The notes under the pieces are model-generated. The model searched no databases. It worked only from the letters and a program-made list of their open reading frames with translations, and was not told the DNA's origin. From Enterobacillus tribolii (lineage in GTDB: Bacteria; Pseudomonadota; Gammaproteobacteria; Enterobacterales; Enterobacteriaceae), in NCBI RefSeq assembly GCF_003363015.1, contig NZ_QRAP01000005.1:330820-394819 (forward strand): a stretch of 64,000 nt of DNA, given 5' to 3'. Positions within the stretch are counted from its first letter, which is position 1, and each line of letters opens with the position of its first letter. Shown one piece after another: positions 50,938-60,683 of the stretch. The translations under genes and the position numbers were made by a program.

Positions 50938-51759
50938 TTATTGTTGATATGAATTGACCTGGGCCGGCAACGTTTTCAATGTTACCGCGGTGGACAGCAA
51001 CGGCTGTTCATCCGACCAGGCCTGAATCACTATGCTGAGAACAAACCCACTTTCCCCTGAACCTGTTACTAAGGTGGGCTGAATCGCACAGTGCATACCC
51101 GAACCTGCGTGGAAATCGGCATCGGGCGAGAATAAACATGCATTAAAATGAACATCATGGTGCGTCTGTACTACCGGAACGCGGCCAAATACGTCGATCA
51201 GTGCATTGGCCCGTAATTGCGGAAAAACTTCTTTTACCATCCGCATGGTGTCCGGCGCTTCCACAATGCGCTGGAACAGCACGGCGTCCAGAAAACTCCA
51301 CAACCGGGCCGGTTCCTGCGCCGGTAGCGGAAAACGATGGCTCAGCGTACGTAGATCGTCCGAGGAATAGACGAGCACGTTGTCCGCGGGCGCGATCGTC
51401 AGCGGGGCGGCGGCGGTCAGCTTGGCGGAAAAGCAAACACTGTCGCTCTGCTCATCAACCAGCGTTCCCCTGACTTTCGTCCCGTCCGGCTGGCCGGTCA
51501 GCGACATCTGATAAGACTTATGGCACATCAGCGGCTGGCGCAGGCGTGCGCTGAACATGTAGAACTCCGCCTGCGGCGATGCCTGCAGCAACGCCGCGCT
51601 AAGATATTGTTTCATGTCCAGCAAAGCACGCATGCCATGTACGCTGAGATCGTCGCCGCCCAGCGCGCGGGCGCGCTCCAGATCGAAATGGATCGGGTTG
51701 TAGTCGCCGGAAAAGGCGGCCCACTGTTCGGCGTCACGTACGGTATACGTCAGGATCAT
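50938..51759 (-). CDS. MaoC-like double-hotdog (3R)-hydroxyacyl-ACP dehydratase
   Basis: 273 aa. The N-terminal hotdog carries FSGDYNPIHFD (MaoC dehydratase signature). A second hotdog-like half follows. Confidence 0.65.
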   Translation of the reverse strand: MILTYTVRDAEQWAAFSGDYNPIHFDLERARALGGDDLSVHGMRALLDMKQYLSAALLQASPQAEFYMFSARLRQPLMCHKSYQMSLTGQPDGTKVRGTLVDEQSDSVCFSAKLTAAAPLTIAPADNVLVYSSDDLRTLSHRFPLPAQEPARLWSFLDAVLFQRIVEAPDTMRMVKEVFPQLRANALIDVFGRVPVVQTHHDVHFNACLFSPDADFHAGSGMHCAIQPTLVTGSGESGFVLSIVIQAWSDEQPLLSTAVTLKTLPAQVNSYQQ

Positions 51760-53015
51760 GATCCGCTCCGGCTGATGATCAACGCCGCGTTAGCCCCGCC
51801 GAAGCCGAAGCTGAGATTCAGCGTATTATCCAGCTTGCCCGCCCGGTGCCCCTCGGCGACATAGTCCAGATCGCACGCCGGATCGGCGTTCTTCAGGTTG
51901 CAGGTAGCCGGCATCATCTGATGCTCCAGCGCCTGCAAACAGACGATGGACTCGAAGCTGCCCGCCGCCGCGATCAGGTGACCGGAATAAGACTTGGTGC
52001 TGGAGATCGGAATACGGTATGCCTGCTCGCCCAGCGCGATCTTCACCGCTTCGGTTTCGTTCAGGTCGTTGAGCGGCGTGGACGTACCGTGCGCGTTGAT
52101 ATAATCAATATCCTGCGCCGTGAATCCCGCCTGCTTCAGCGCCCGCTCGATGGTTTTGACGCGCGCCACCTTGTCGCCCGCCGGGGCGGTAAAGTCGAAG
52201 GCGTCGGAATAGTTTCCATAGCCTTTGATTTCGCCCAGGATGGTCGCGCCGCGCGCCAACGCTGCTTCGCGCTCTTCCAGGCACAGCACGGCGGCGCCTT
52301 CAGACAACACGAAACCGTTGCGATCGGTGCTGAACGGGCAGCAGGCACGGGTGACCTCTTCTTTTTCACTGGCCAGCGCCCCCAGAACATCGATGTTCCA
52401 AACCGATGCGTCGCTGCGCAGGGATTCACCCGCGCCCGCCAGCATCATGGACGCCCGGCCGCTGCGGATGATTTCAAATGCATCGCCAATGGCGATGGTG
52501 CCGGTCGCGCAGGCGGCAATCGGGGAGTTCTGGTAACCGCGCAGGCCCCAGAACAGGCTGCACGCCGCGGTGGCGACGTTCGGCATCGAGAAGAAGCAGC
52601 CGAAAGGCGAACCGACGCCGGAACGCTTGTATTCATCATAAAATTCGTAAGTTTCATCCTGCCCGGCCCAGCCGGTGCCGATGATGGCGCCGCACTCCAG
52701 CAGATCGTAATGATCCTTCGGATGCCCTTCGCCGAAGGCCATCGTCATGGCTTCACGCGCGGCGGCCAGCGACAGGCGCCCATGGCGCGGCAGGCGGCGG
52801 CGAATGGCGGCCGGTACGCCTTTCAGGCTGGGTTCTTCATCAATCAGGCCGAAGAAACGGGCCGAAATCCCTTCATCGGCACGGTCGACAAAACGGTATC
52901 CCAGGCGATACGCCATGATGGAATCCCAGCTTTCCCCGGCATTGCCTCCCAATGGGGTGACGGCACCATAACCTGTGACGACAACCCGACGCGGCATATT
53001 ATTATCGTTATCCAT
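51756..53015 (-). CDS. beta-ketoacyl-ACP synthase (FabB/FabF-like KAS)
   Basis: 419 aa with N-terminal VVVTGYGAVTPLG, an active-site Cys region and C-terminal His/His/Gly-rich motifs (GHLIAAAG; FGFGGANA). Confidence 0.8.
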   Translation of the reverse strand: MDNDNNMPRRVVVTGYGAVTPLGGNAGESWDSIMAYRLGYRFVDRADEGISARFFGLIDEEPSLKGVPAAIRRRLPRHGRLSLAAAREAMTMAFGEGHPKDHYDLLECGAIIGTGWAGQDETYEFYDEYKRSGVGSPFGCFFSMPNVATAACSLFWGLRGYQNSPIAACATGTIAIGDAFEIIRSGRASMMLAGAGESLRSDASVWNIDVLGALASEKEEVTRACCPFSTDRNGFVLSEGAAVLCLEEREAALARGATILGEIKGYGNYSDAFDFTAPAGDKVARVKTIERALKQAGFTAQDIDYINAHGTSTPLNDLNETEAVKIALGEQAYRIPISSTKSYSGHLIAAAGSFESIVCLQALEHQMMPATCNLKNADPACDLDYVAEGHRAGKLDNTLNLSFGFGGANAALIISRSGS

Positions 53016-54408
53016 TATTCATCCCTCCGAGGTCTTTTTCGTTATCGACACCCCCACCCAACGCCAGCCAAAGCTTCATCGTGGCGTACAAGTAGTTGTA
53101 TTGCATGGTCAACAAATTGTTCTCACTACTAAGCAGGGAATCCTGCGCATCCAGTAAGGTCTGGAAAGAAACGGCACCGGCCTGATATTGGCTGGTGACC
53201 AGCGCCAGACGGCGCTGGCTGAGCTCCAGGTCGCGCATCAGGCTGGCTTTTTGGCTTTCCGCATTCAGGCGTTGCGCCATGGCGTTATCCACGTCGGAAA
53301 GCGCGCTGTAGGCCGTGCTGCGGAACTTCACCGCGGCCTGTTGGACGTTCAGGTCGGACTGTTCGATCGTCAGCTGAACCGTATTCCACTGAATAAAAGG
53401 CAACGCGACGGCGGCGCCCAACGTCCGCACCGGGTTGGTGAACCATTGGGAAAATACGGAGCTACCGGCGCTTGCCCCGGCAGACAGCGACAGCGAAGGG
53501 TAGAAACTCAGTTTCGCCGCATCCTTACCCGCCAGCGCGGCGCGCAGACGCCACTCTTCGGCCTGCACGTCAGGGCGATGACCGATAACCTGCAACGGAA
53601 CGCGATCGGCAATGGCGATGCTCTGCATGAAGTCGAGCGTGCTCAGCTCATCCTGACGCTGGGAGGGGGGGCGGTTAAACAGGATCGCCATCGCGTTACG
53701 CGCTTCTTCCCGCTGTTCTTTCAGATCGCGCAGGCGGTTACGTTTACTGATGACGGACTGCTCCGACTGCAGCAGATCCACCTGCCCCACGTTGCCGGCT
53801 TCATAGCGCGAATTCACCATATCGAGCGTCTTTTCCGCGATCTCCAGGCTCTTTTCCTGGTTGGCGATCTGCTGATTGAGGCTGCCAATCTGCCAGTAAA
53901 GCTGCGCGGTAGTCCCGATCAGCGACAGGGCGGTAGCCTGGCGGTCGAACTCCGTCGCCTTCACTTTCCAGGCGGACTGCTCGCGCTCACGCGCCAGCTT
54001 GCCCCACAGATCCAGCTCATAGCTCAGGGAGATCGACGAACTGTAGGTTTCCTTCGGATCCGTATTGTTGTTCAGATTCTTGGTGTTGCTGGCGGAACCA
54101 CTCACGCTCACGTTCGGCGTCAGGTTGGTGTTGGTCAGCCCGGCCGCCACGCGCGCCAGTTGCAGTTGAATGCCGGCCGCCGCCAAATCGTTGTTGGTCG
54201 CCAGCATCTGGCTGATGATGCGTGAGAGCTGGGGATCGTTGAAGTTGTCCCACCAGTGAGGCGTATTTTTCAGGAACGTCGTACCGGTGCTGTCCTGCTG
54301 CTGCCAGGTGTCCGGCACCGACAGTTCCGGGCGCTGATATTCCGTTTTCGTCAGCGCGCCGCATCCGGTAAGCAGCAGGGTTAACAACGCTATCTGATAT
54401 CTTTTCAT
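53008..54408 (-). CDS. outer-membrane efflux lipoprotein (NodT/OprM family OMF)
   Basis: 466 aa with a lipobox (LLTGC) and the two coiled-coil/beta-barrel repeats typical of TolC-family OMFs. Confidence 0.8.
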   Translation of the reverse strand: MKRYQIALLTLLLTGCGALTKTEYQRPELSVPDTWQQQDSTGTTFLKNTPHWWDNFNDPQLSRIISQMLATNNDLAAAGIQLQLARVAAGLTNTNLTPNVSVSGSASNTKNLNNNTDPKETYSSSISLSYELDLWGKLAREREQSAWKVKATEFDRQATALSLIGTTAQLYWQIGSLNQQIANQEKSLEIAEKTLDMVNSRYEAGNVGQVDLLQSEQSVISKRNRLRDLKEQREEARNAMAILFNRPPSQRQDELSTLDFMQSIAIADRVPLQVIGHRPDVQAEEWRLRAALAGKDAAKLSFYPSLSLSAGASAGSSVFSQWFTNPVRTLGAAVALPFIQWNTVQLTIEQSDLNVQQAAVKFRSTAYSALSDVDNAMAQRLNAESQKASLMRDLELSQRRLALVTSQYQAGAVSFQTLLDAQDSLLSSENNLLTMQYNYLYATMKLWLALGGGVDNEKDLGGMNNG

Positions 54409-54410
54409 AT

Positions 54411-56369
54411 TTACTCGCGTGCCAGCGCCTCCGTTGGGTTAAGACGAGCGGCGTTCCTTGCCGGGAAGAACCCGAAGCACAAACCGATCAGCGCTGAGAA
54501 ACCGCACGACAACAGGACCGGCAGCAGGGTGAACACCATCGAGAACTCCTGGGTAACGAAGGAGAACAGGACCCCGAATATCCAGGAGCCGGCGATCCCC
54601 ATCAGTCCGCCCAAGACACAAATCACGATCGCTTCAATCAGGAACTGCAACATAATGTCCGCCGGCCGCGCGCCGACCGAAAGACGGATGCCGATCTCGT
54701 GGGTACGCTCCGTGACCGAAACCAGCATGATGTTCATTACCCCGACGCCCCCCACCAGCAGGGAGATCGCCGCGATGGCGGTGATCAACAGCGACATGGA
54801 GTCAGACGTTTTTTGCAGCGCCTTCGCCAGTTGATCGTCGGTCTGCGTGAAAAAGTCACGCTTCTCGTGTACCTGCTCCAGCAGCAATTCGACCCGGCGC
54901 TGCGCCTCCGACAGAGACACACCCTCATGGAAACGCAGCGTCAGTGATTCGATCGGCATAGTGCCGGACATGCGTTCCATCAGCGAGGTATACGGGATCC
55001 AGCCGCCCATCAGGCCGCCGATCACCTTAGGTCCTTTCTTGCTCGCCACGCCGACCACGCGGAACGGAACCCCCGACAGCAGGATTATTTCGCCGTTCGG
55101 ATCTTCCCCCTCCTCAAACAGGATCGACTTCGCCAGTTGATCGATGATGATGACCGGCTCGCGGTTCTCTACGTCTGCACCGGAGAAAGGCGCGCCGCTG
55201 CTGAAGTTGACGTCCTGCACGCGGAAGTAATCGTCGTTCACGCCGGAAAGCTGCATCATCGTCATCGGGATGTTGCCGCGGATGGCCTGCGCATTTTTAC
55301 CGACCACCGGCGATACGCTGTCAACGTAGGGCTGTTTTTGCAGTAGCTCTACGTCGGCCACCGACAGCGCATTGGCGTATTCGGGGCTTACCCGCCCCAT
55401 GCTCAGGCCGGGGCGGACTTCGAGCGTACTGTTACCCAGCTTGCCGATTTCCTGCATGATGCTCTGACGTGCGCCTTCCCCTACCGCCATGGACGAAACC
55501 ACCGATGAGATGCCGATGATGATCCCCAGCATGGAGAGGAAAGCACGGGTACGGTGCCCCAGCAGCGAGCGCCACGCCATGCGTACCGCTTCCGTCACGC
55601 TCAGCCAGAACGGCGGGCGCCCGTTGGAGTCCACCTTGGGCAAACCGCCGGAAGCGACGTCTTCGCGGTTGGACTCATTGACACGGTCGGCGATGATCTC
55701 GCCGTCGCTGATTTCGATGATGCGCTCGGCCTGATTGGCGATTTCCCGATCGTGGGTCACGATGATGATGGTGTGCCCGGCCTGATGCAGGGAGTGCAGA
55801 ATGCCCATCAGCTCCTGGCCGCTGGCGCGGTCCAGCGCGCCGGTCGGTTCGTCCGCCAGAATGATGCTGGCGCCGTTCATCAGCGCGCGCGAGATACTGA
55901 CGCGCTGCTGCTGGCCGCCGGAAAGCTGCGCCGGCTTATAGCCCATACGATGGCCCAGGCCCAGGCGCTTCAGCAGGTATTCAGCGCGGCTCTGCCGTTC
56001 GGCAACCGGCATCGCGGTATAAAGCGAGGGGATCGCCACGTTTTCCGTCGCCGTCAGGTACGGCATCAGGTGATAACGCTGGAAAATAAAGCCGATGTAC
56101 TGGCTGCGCAACTGCGCCAGTTGTTCGCTGTCGGCCACGTGCGCAGGCACGTCGTGGATAAACATCTCGCCCTGCGTCGGCTTGTCCAGGCAGCCGATGA
56201 TGTTCATCAGCGTAGACTTGCCGGAGCCGGAAGCCCCGACGATCGCCACCATCTCTCCCTCATGGATCTTGAGGGAGATATCCTTCAGCACCGCCACGGT
56301 CTCATTCCCCGACGGGAAGTGCCGGTAAATACCATTTAATTCAATCAGCGGCGAGGTGTCTTTCGTCAT
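54411..56369 (-). CDS. MacB-type ABC transporter (N-terminal ATPase fused to an FtsX-like permease)
   Basis: 652 aa with Walker A (GASGSGKST), signature ([15 protein letters not shown]), Walker B ([11 protein letters not shown]), then 4 TM segments with a large periplasmic loop. Confidence 0.85.
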   Translation of the reverse strand: MTKDTSPLIELNGIYRHFPSGNETVAVLKDISLKIHEGEMVAIVGASGSGKSTLMNIIGCLDKPTQGEMFIHDVPAHVADSEQLAQLRSQYIGFIFQRYHLMPYLTATENVAIPSLYTAMPVAERQSRAEYLLKRLGLGHRMGYKPAQLSGGQQQRVSISRALMNGASIILADEPTGALDRASGQELMGILHSLHQAGHTIIIVTHDREIANQAERIIEISDGEIIADRVNESNREDVASGGLPKVDSNGRPPFWLSVTEAVRMAWRSLLGHRTRAFLSMLGIIIGISSVVSSMAVGEGARQSIMQEIGKLGNSTLEVRPGLSMGRVSPEYANALSVADVELLQKQPYVDSVSPVVGKNAQAIRGNIPMTMMQLSGVNDDYFRVQDVNFSSGAPFSGADVENREPVIIIDQLAKSILFEEGEDPNGEIILLSGVPFRVVGVASKKGPKVIGGLMGGWIPYTSLMERMSGTMPIESLTLRFHEGVSLSEAQRRVELLLEQVHEKRDFFTQTDDQLAKALQKTSDSMSLLITAIAAISLLVGGVGVMNIMLVSVTERTHEIGIRLSVGARPADIMLQFLIEAIVICVLGGLMGIAGSWIFGVLFSFVTQEFSMVFTLLPVLLSCGFSALIGLCFGFFPARNAARLNPTEALARE

Positions 56370-56371
56370 AG

Positions 56372-57538
56372 CTACTTCCTGGCCATCGCGATGGTGCTGC
56401 CAATAACGACCTCTTCACCTTCCTGCAGGCCTTCCTTCACTTCGGCATACAGGCGATCATTTACGCCGGTTTTTATCCAGCGTGTTTCCACGCTATCGCC
56501 TTTTTTCACCCGCACCTGATAGGTGTTTTGATCTTTGCGCTGCCCCAGCGCGGTCATCGGCACTCTCGGCACGCCTTTAGCCTGCTCCGTGATGATGAAA
56601 ACCTGGGCTGTCATGTAAGTCCGCAGCAGGTGCTCGCTGTTGTCGATGTCGAACACGCCGTTGTAATAAACCGCGCTTTGCTGCTGGGAGGAGCTCATGG
56701 AAGAACTTTGCTCCATCAGCGCTTCATCCGGCGCGGATTGAATATTGCCCATCGTGCCTTCGTAACGGCGCTTGGGATCGGCCAGCACGTAAAACCACAG
56801 AGGCTGCCCCGGCTGTACCTTCAGGATATCGGCTTCTGAAATCCGGGTGTGGACCGTCATGGTGTCCATGTCCGCCAGCACCAGAATGGTCGGCGCGGTT
56901 TGCGAGGAAACGACCGTCTGACCTTCTTTGGTGACGATGCCCAGCACTTCGCCGTCCATCGGCGCCAGAATCTGGGTATAGCCGACGTTGGCCTTCGCTT
57001 TCTCCACCGCGGTTTCCGACTGGGTGATCTGCGCTTCATTCATGCGCAGTTGTTCAAGCTGGGCGTTATATTGCGCCTGAGCTTTCTCCAGATCGCTCCG
57101 CACGCCGGCGCCATCGCGGAACATTCTTTGCTGACGCTTCAATTCCTGCTGATACTGCTTAATCAATACGCGGGTGGAAGCGCGCTGCGCCAGCGAGCTG
57201 ACCAGCTGAGCTTCGGAGGTGCGCAGTTCGTTTTGTTGCAGCGTGGGGTCGATTTCGGCCAGCAGATCCCCTTTCTTGACCCGGTCGCCCTGCTTCACGT
57301 ACAGCTTCTTCAACTGCCCGTTAACCTGGGCGCCGACGCTGACCTGCAGCGACGGTTTGATAATGCCGGTGGACAAGACGGTCTTTTCAATATCGCCAAT
57401 GGATACCGGTTCCGTCAGCAGAGAGGCGGTTTCTTTATTTCCTCCGCTGAACATCTGGCTGATGGCTACCGCCACCAGCGCGATCACGGCCAGTGCCAGG
57501 AGAACAACCTTTTTGCGCTTTCCGCTCCATTTCGCCAT
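56372..57538 (-). CDS. MacA-type periplasmic adaptor (HlyD/RND MFP family)
   Basis: 388 aa with an N-terminal TM anchor, lipoyl/coiled-coil hairpin and beta-barrel regions. Immediately upstream of MacB. Confidence 0.8.
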   Translation of the reverse strand: MAKWSGKRKKVVLLALAVIALVAVAISQMFSGGNKETASLLTEPVSIGDIEKTVLSTGIIKPSLQVSVGAQVNGQLKKLYVKQGDRVKKGDLLAEIDPTLQQNELRTSEAQLVSSLAQRASTRVLIKQYQQELKRQQRMFRDGAGVRSDLEKAQAQYNAQLEQLRMNEAQITQSETAVEKAKANVGYTQILAPMDGEVLGIVTKEGQTVVSSQTAPTILVLADMDTMTVHTRISEADILKVQPGQPLWFYVLADPKRRYEGTMGNIQSAPDEALMEQSSSMSSSQQQSAVYYNGVFDIDNSEHLLRTYMTAQVFIITEQAKGVPRVPMTALGQRKDQNTYQVRVKKGDSVETRWIKTGVNDRLYAEVKEGLQEGEEVVIGSTIAMARK

Positions 57539-57550
57539 TTCAATGCATCC

Positions 57551-59710
57551 TTAATACGCAGCGGTCGCGACGAGTGGCTGCTCCACAGACGGAGTTGCCG
57601 AAGAGGCTTTTTCAAGCCGGCCATTTTCCATGCGATACACCTGATCAAACATCGCCAGCACCGTTTCGCTGTGCGTCACGGTAATCAAGGTCTTGCCGTA
57701 TTCGCGGCAGTGCTCCAGCAGGGTTTTGATCACCTGCTGAGCGGTAACTTCGTCCAGGTTGGCCGTCGGTTCGTCCAGCACCAGAACCGGTTTGTCGCTG
57801 TACATCGCCCTGGCCAGCAGCAAGCGCTGGCGTTGCCCCAGCGACAGCGCGGCATGGCTTTCACGGATCAGGGCGTTTTGCCCGCCGGGCAGCTTCGAGA
57901 CGACCGACGTCAGATTCAGCCCTTCCAGCGAGGCATCTACGCGCAGCTGTTTCTTCTCATCGAAGTCGGCGTCAAACAGCGTAATGTTTTGCAGCACGGA
58001 GGCGTTGAACAGAATGTCCTCCTGGCTTTGCAGGAAAAACAGGGAGTGAGCCTGACGGGCGTTAATCAGCACGTCGTCCACCGCGATCTCGCCAGCGGTC
58101 GGCGTAATCAGCCCGGCCATGATGCGCAGCAGGGTACTTTTACCGGCGCCGGATTCACCCACGATGGCCGTACTCTGGCCGCGGCGCAGGGACAACGATA
58201 AGTCGCTCAGCACCATCTGCTGCGGCTCATAGCCGAAGCAAATGCCGCGGTAGTCCAGCTGGCGCTCGAAGTGCACCACGGGCACCGGCGTCGCATCCCG
58301 CTCCTGTGCGTTTTCATCGTCGGTTTTGACCGGGAACAGATCCTTGGCGCGGGTATCAATAACGTGGATCTGGTTCTTCTGCAAAACAGAGAAAAAGATT
58401 CGGGTGATATAGGAGGTGAAGATCTGCCGGATAAAGTTATAGGCAAAGAATTCACCCAGGCTGATCACCCCGTCTTTCAGCATCGGCAGAGAAAGGAACA
58501 TGAACAGCACCATCTCAATGCTGCCAATCATCTGGTAAATGCTGTTTTTAACCTGCTCGTAAATCCGTTGCTTTTGCAGCGTGGTGAACAATGCCCAGGT
58601 ATAGCGGGCGAAATTGCTCTTGCGCTGGCTGTCCAGCCCTGCGGATTTGATGGTGGAAAAGCCCTGAATGGTTTCCAGAATATAGTCGTTCTGATCGGCG
58701 CTTTTCACCTGCAGCTGCTGGGTGTAGTAACGGTCGCGGTAAATCGCCCAGACGCTGACCAGCCCCATCAGGCTTACGCCGACGGCAGACACGGCCGCCA
58801 GTACCGGGCTGATGTAACACATCAGCGCCAGCGCAATAACGCCGATGATCCAGTCGGTGCGCAGGCCGTTATCCAGTTCAATCTTACGCGCCGCGGCCAT
58901 CTGCCAGGCTGAGAACCGGCTGAATATTTCACCGGGCGAGCGTTTGTCGAAAAAGCGCAGTTGGTTGCTCAGCAGGCGGGAAAATCCGGCCGTGCTGTTC
59001 AGAATGACGAACCGTTTGACGAACCGCTCAGTCAGTATGCGCAGCCCCATCGCCAAACCGGTGGAAGCGACAAACGCCAGGAAAAAGTAGAAATACGGGA
59101 AGTCAGTATTCCCGGCCCCCGAGAACACCTGGTTAATGGCCGAGCTGACCATGGTCGGCATGATGAACAGCGACAGGGAAATGATAAACGCGCAGATCAT
59201 CAGCCAGTAAATACCGGGAAGCTTTGAGGTTTCCTTCAGGCTCATGCTTTCCATGGCGCGGAAACGCTGGCTCTCCTTACGGGCCTTCAGCGTGGCTTCA
59301 TCGATAGTGGCTTCTTCGTCCAGCACCAGGGCATAACCGCTGATTTGCGCCTTCAGCGCATCCAGCGGCAGCAGCTGCTGCCCGATGGCCGGGTTCATCA
59401 CGCAAACGTAGTTTCCTTTACGGTAGGCCAGCACGACGTAATGGCTGGCGCCGTAGTGCAAAATCGCCGGCAGCGGCAGCGCATCGAGTTCGTTAAACGC
59501 GAACGCGACGGGGTAAACCGGGATCTTCAGATCTTCGAGAATGGAACACAGCGTCGCCAACGACGTGCCGTGCTCGGATGCGGGGTAACTCTCCCTCAGT
59601 TCGCGCAGCGGAACGTGCACGCCCTGCGTTTCCGCCAGCATCGAAATGCATGCCAGACCGCATTCATTGGTTTCTCCCTGAAATACCTGAGAAGGAATGA
59701 TCTTTTCCAT
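57551..59710 (-). CDS. peptidase-C39-domain ABC transporter (double-glycine leader-cleaving bacteriocin exporter, CvaB/LagD type)
   Basis: 719 aa. N-terminal C39 domain with catalytic Cys (QGETNECGLACI) and His (GASHYVVL). 6-TM domain. C-terminal NBD (GESGAGKST; LSLGQRQRLLLARA; VLVLDEPTANLD). Confidence 0.85.
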   Translation of the reverse strand: MEKIIPSQVFQGETNECGLACISMLAETQGVHVPLRELRESYPASEHGTSLATLCSILEDLKIPVYPVAFAFNELDALPLPAILHYGASHYVVLAYRKGNYVCVMNPAIGQQLLPLDALKAQISGYALVLDEEATIDEATLKARKESQRFRAMESMSLKETSKLPGIYWLMICAFIISLSLFIMPTMVSSAINQVFSGAGNTDFPYFYFFLAFVASTGLAMGLRILTERFVKRFVILNSTAGFSRLLSNQLRFFDKRSPGEIFSRFSAWQMAAARKIELDNGLRTDWIIGVIALALMCYISPVLAAVSAVGVSLMGLVSVWAIYRDRYYTQQLQVKSADQNDYILETIQGFSTIKSAGLDSQRKSNFARYTWALFTTLQKQRIYEQVKNSIYQMIGSIEMVLFMFLSLPMLKDGVISLGEFFAYNFIRQIFTSYITRIFFSVLQKNQIHVIDTRAKDLFPVKTDDENAQERDATPVPVVHFERQLDYRGICFGYEPQQMVLSDLSLSLRRGQSTAIVGESGAGKSTLLRIMAGLITPTAGEIAVDDVLINARQAHSLFFLQSQEDILFNASVLQNITLFDADFDEKKQLRVDASLEGLNLTSVVSKLPGGQNALIRESHAALSLGQRQRLLLARAMYSDKPVLVLDEPTANLDEVTAQQVIKTLLEHCREYGKTLITVTHSETVLAMFDQVYRMENGRLEKASSATPSVEQPLVATAAY

Positions 59711-59732
59711 GAGCGATATCTTCTAATCCATT

Positions 59733-60683
59733 CTATTCATTGATGAAATACAATGAATGCGCATGCCACAATAACCAGTCGGCCGGATGGCGGGTTATTG
59801 ACTCTTCAATAATGACCGGCATTTTCTTTTTCAACTCGCGGGCCGCAACCGGCGGCTCAATGTGAATTTTGATGCCTTTGTCGTAATACAGGTTGTAAAA
59901 CACCACCTGCGCCGACAGCACCCTGGCCAGCCGGATAATGCCGCTGTGCAAATGCGCAGGGCGGTTGAACAGGGTACAGTTCAGCTTGCCGGCCCGGGTT
60001 TCGTTGGTATCCAGGGTATAGTCCGGCGTGATGTCGGGAAAAATCATGATATTGCGCTGGTGGTCGGCGGCTTCCATGATGGAATCCATCAGGTTGCCGG
60101 CAATCATCCGGTTGTCACTGTGGATTGAGCAGTAAGTGAGGTTGACCCCGCCCATGGCGCGATCCTGCTCCTGATAAATCTCCGCGCTGGAAGACACCAC
60201 CACCGTGGCCTTCCCCGGATAAACCATGCTGCCGACGATGCCGGCCAGAATGTCCGATACCATGTGCATCGGCGCCAGGATCACCGGGGAGCCGTTCTGA
60301 TGCAGCGGTTCTACGATCTGATTAAGCTGATCGGCGCACTGCTTCAGTTCAGACTGGATCTGAGCGCTTTGCCCGTAGGTTGCGGCCAGGTCCAGCAGTT
60401 GCCGGCGCTGGGACACCCACGTATGACGCAACGGGGCCGCATCCGGCCCCAGCAAGCATCTTTTATTCTCTTCGGCCACCAGCGCCAGGTTGCGCCGGCG
60501 GCGCCCTGTCAGCCGCAGCCCGCGGCTGATGTGCGCCAGCAGAAACCCGGCGCGGTAGTCCAGGTGACGAAAGAGAAAACGGGCGGTTTTGCCGTGCCAC
60601 TCACGTGACTTGCCGACCTGTTCAGCCAGTTTCCCGGTGAAGTTTTTCCAGCTGAGATACAGCCACACGGCAAAGAAACGCAT
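59733..60683 (-). CDS. LpxL/HtrB-family (lipid A late acyltransferase-like) ACP-dependent acyltransferase
   Basis: 316 aa. Motif blocks parallel LpxL: HMVSDILAG (LpxL HFMSLELGG, HX4D/E region), FPDITPDY (LpxL APDQDY), and C-terminal PADWLLWHAHSLYF (LpxL PEQYLWIHRRFK). Confidence 0.6.
   Translation of the reverse strand: MRFFAVWLYLSWKNFTGKLAEQVGKSREWHGKTARFLFRHLDYRAGFLLAHISRGLRLTGRRRRNLALVAEENKRCLLGPDAAPLRHTWVSQRRQLLDLAATYGQSAQIQSELKQCADQLNQIVEPLHQNGSPVILAPMHMVSDILAGIVGSMVYPGKATVVVSSSAEIYQEQDRAMGGVNLTYCSIHSDNRMIAGNLMDSIMEAADHQRNIMIFPDITPDYTLDTNETRAGKLNCTLFNRPAHLHSGIIRLARVLSAQVVFYNLYYDKGIKIHIEPPVAARELKKKMPVIIEESITRHPADWLLWHAHSLYFINE

Noticed and set aside
51846-53132. 428-aa plus-strand ORF
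   Set aside because: Antisense to the KAS and OMF genes. It is a low-complexity Arg/Ala/Gly-rich frame.
56849-58201. 450-aa plus-strand ORF
   Set aside because: Antisense across the MacA and C39-ABC genes, which have clear motif support.
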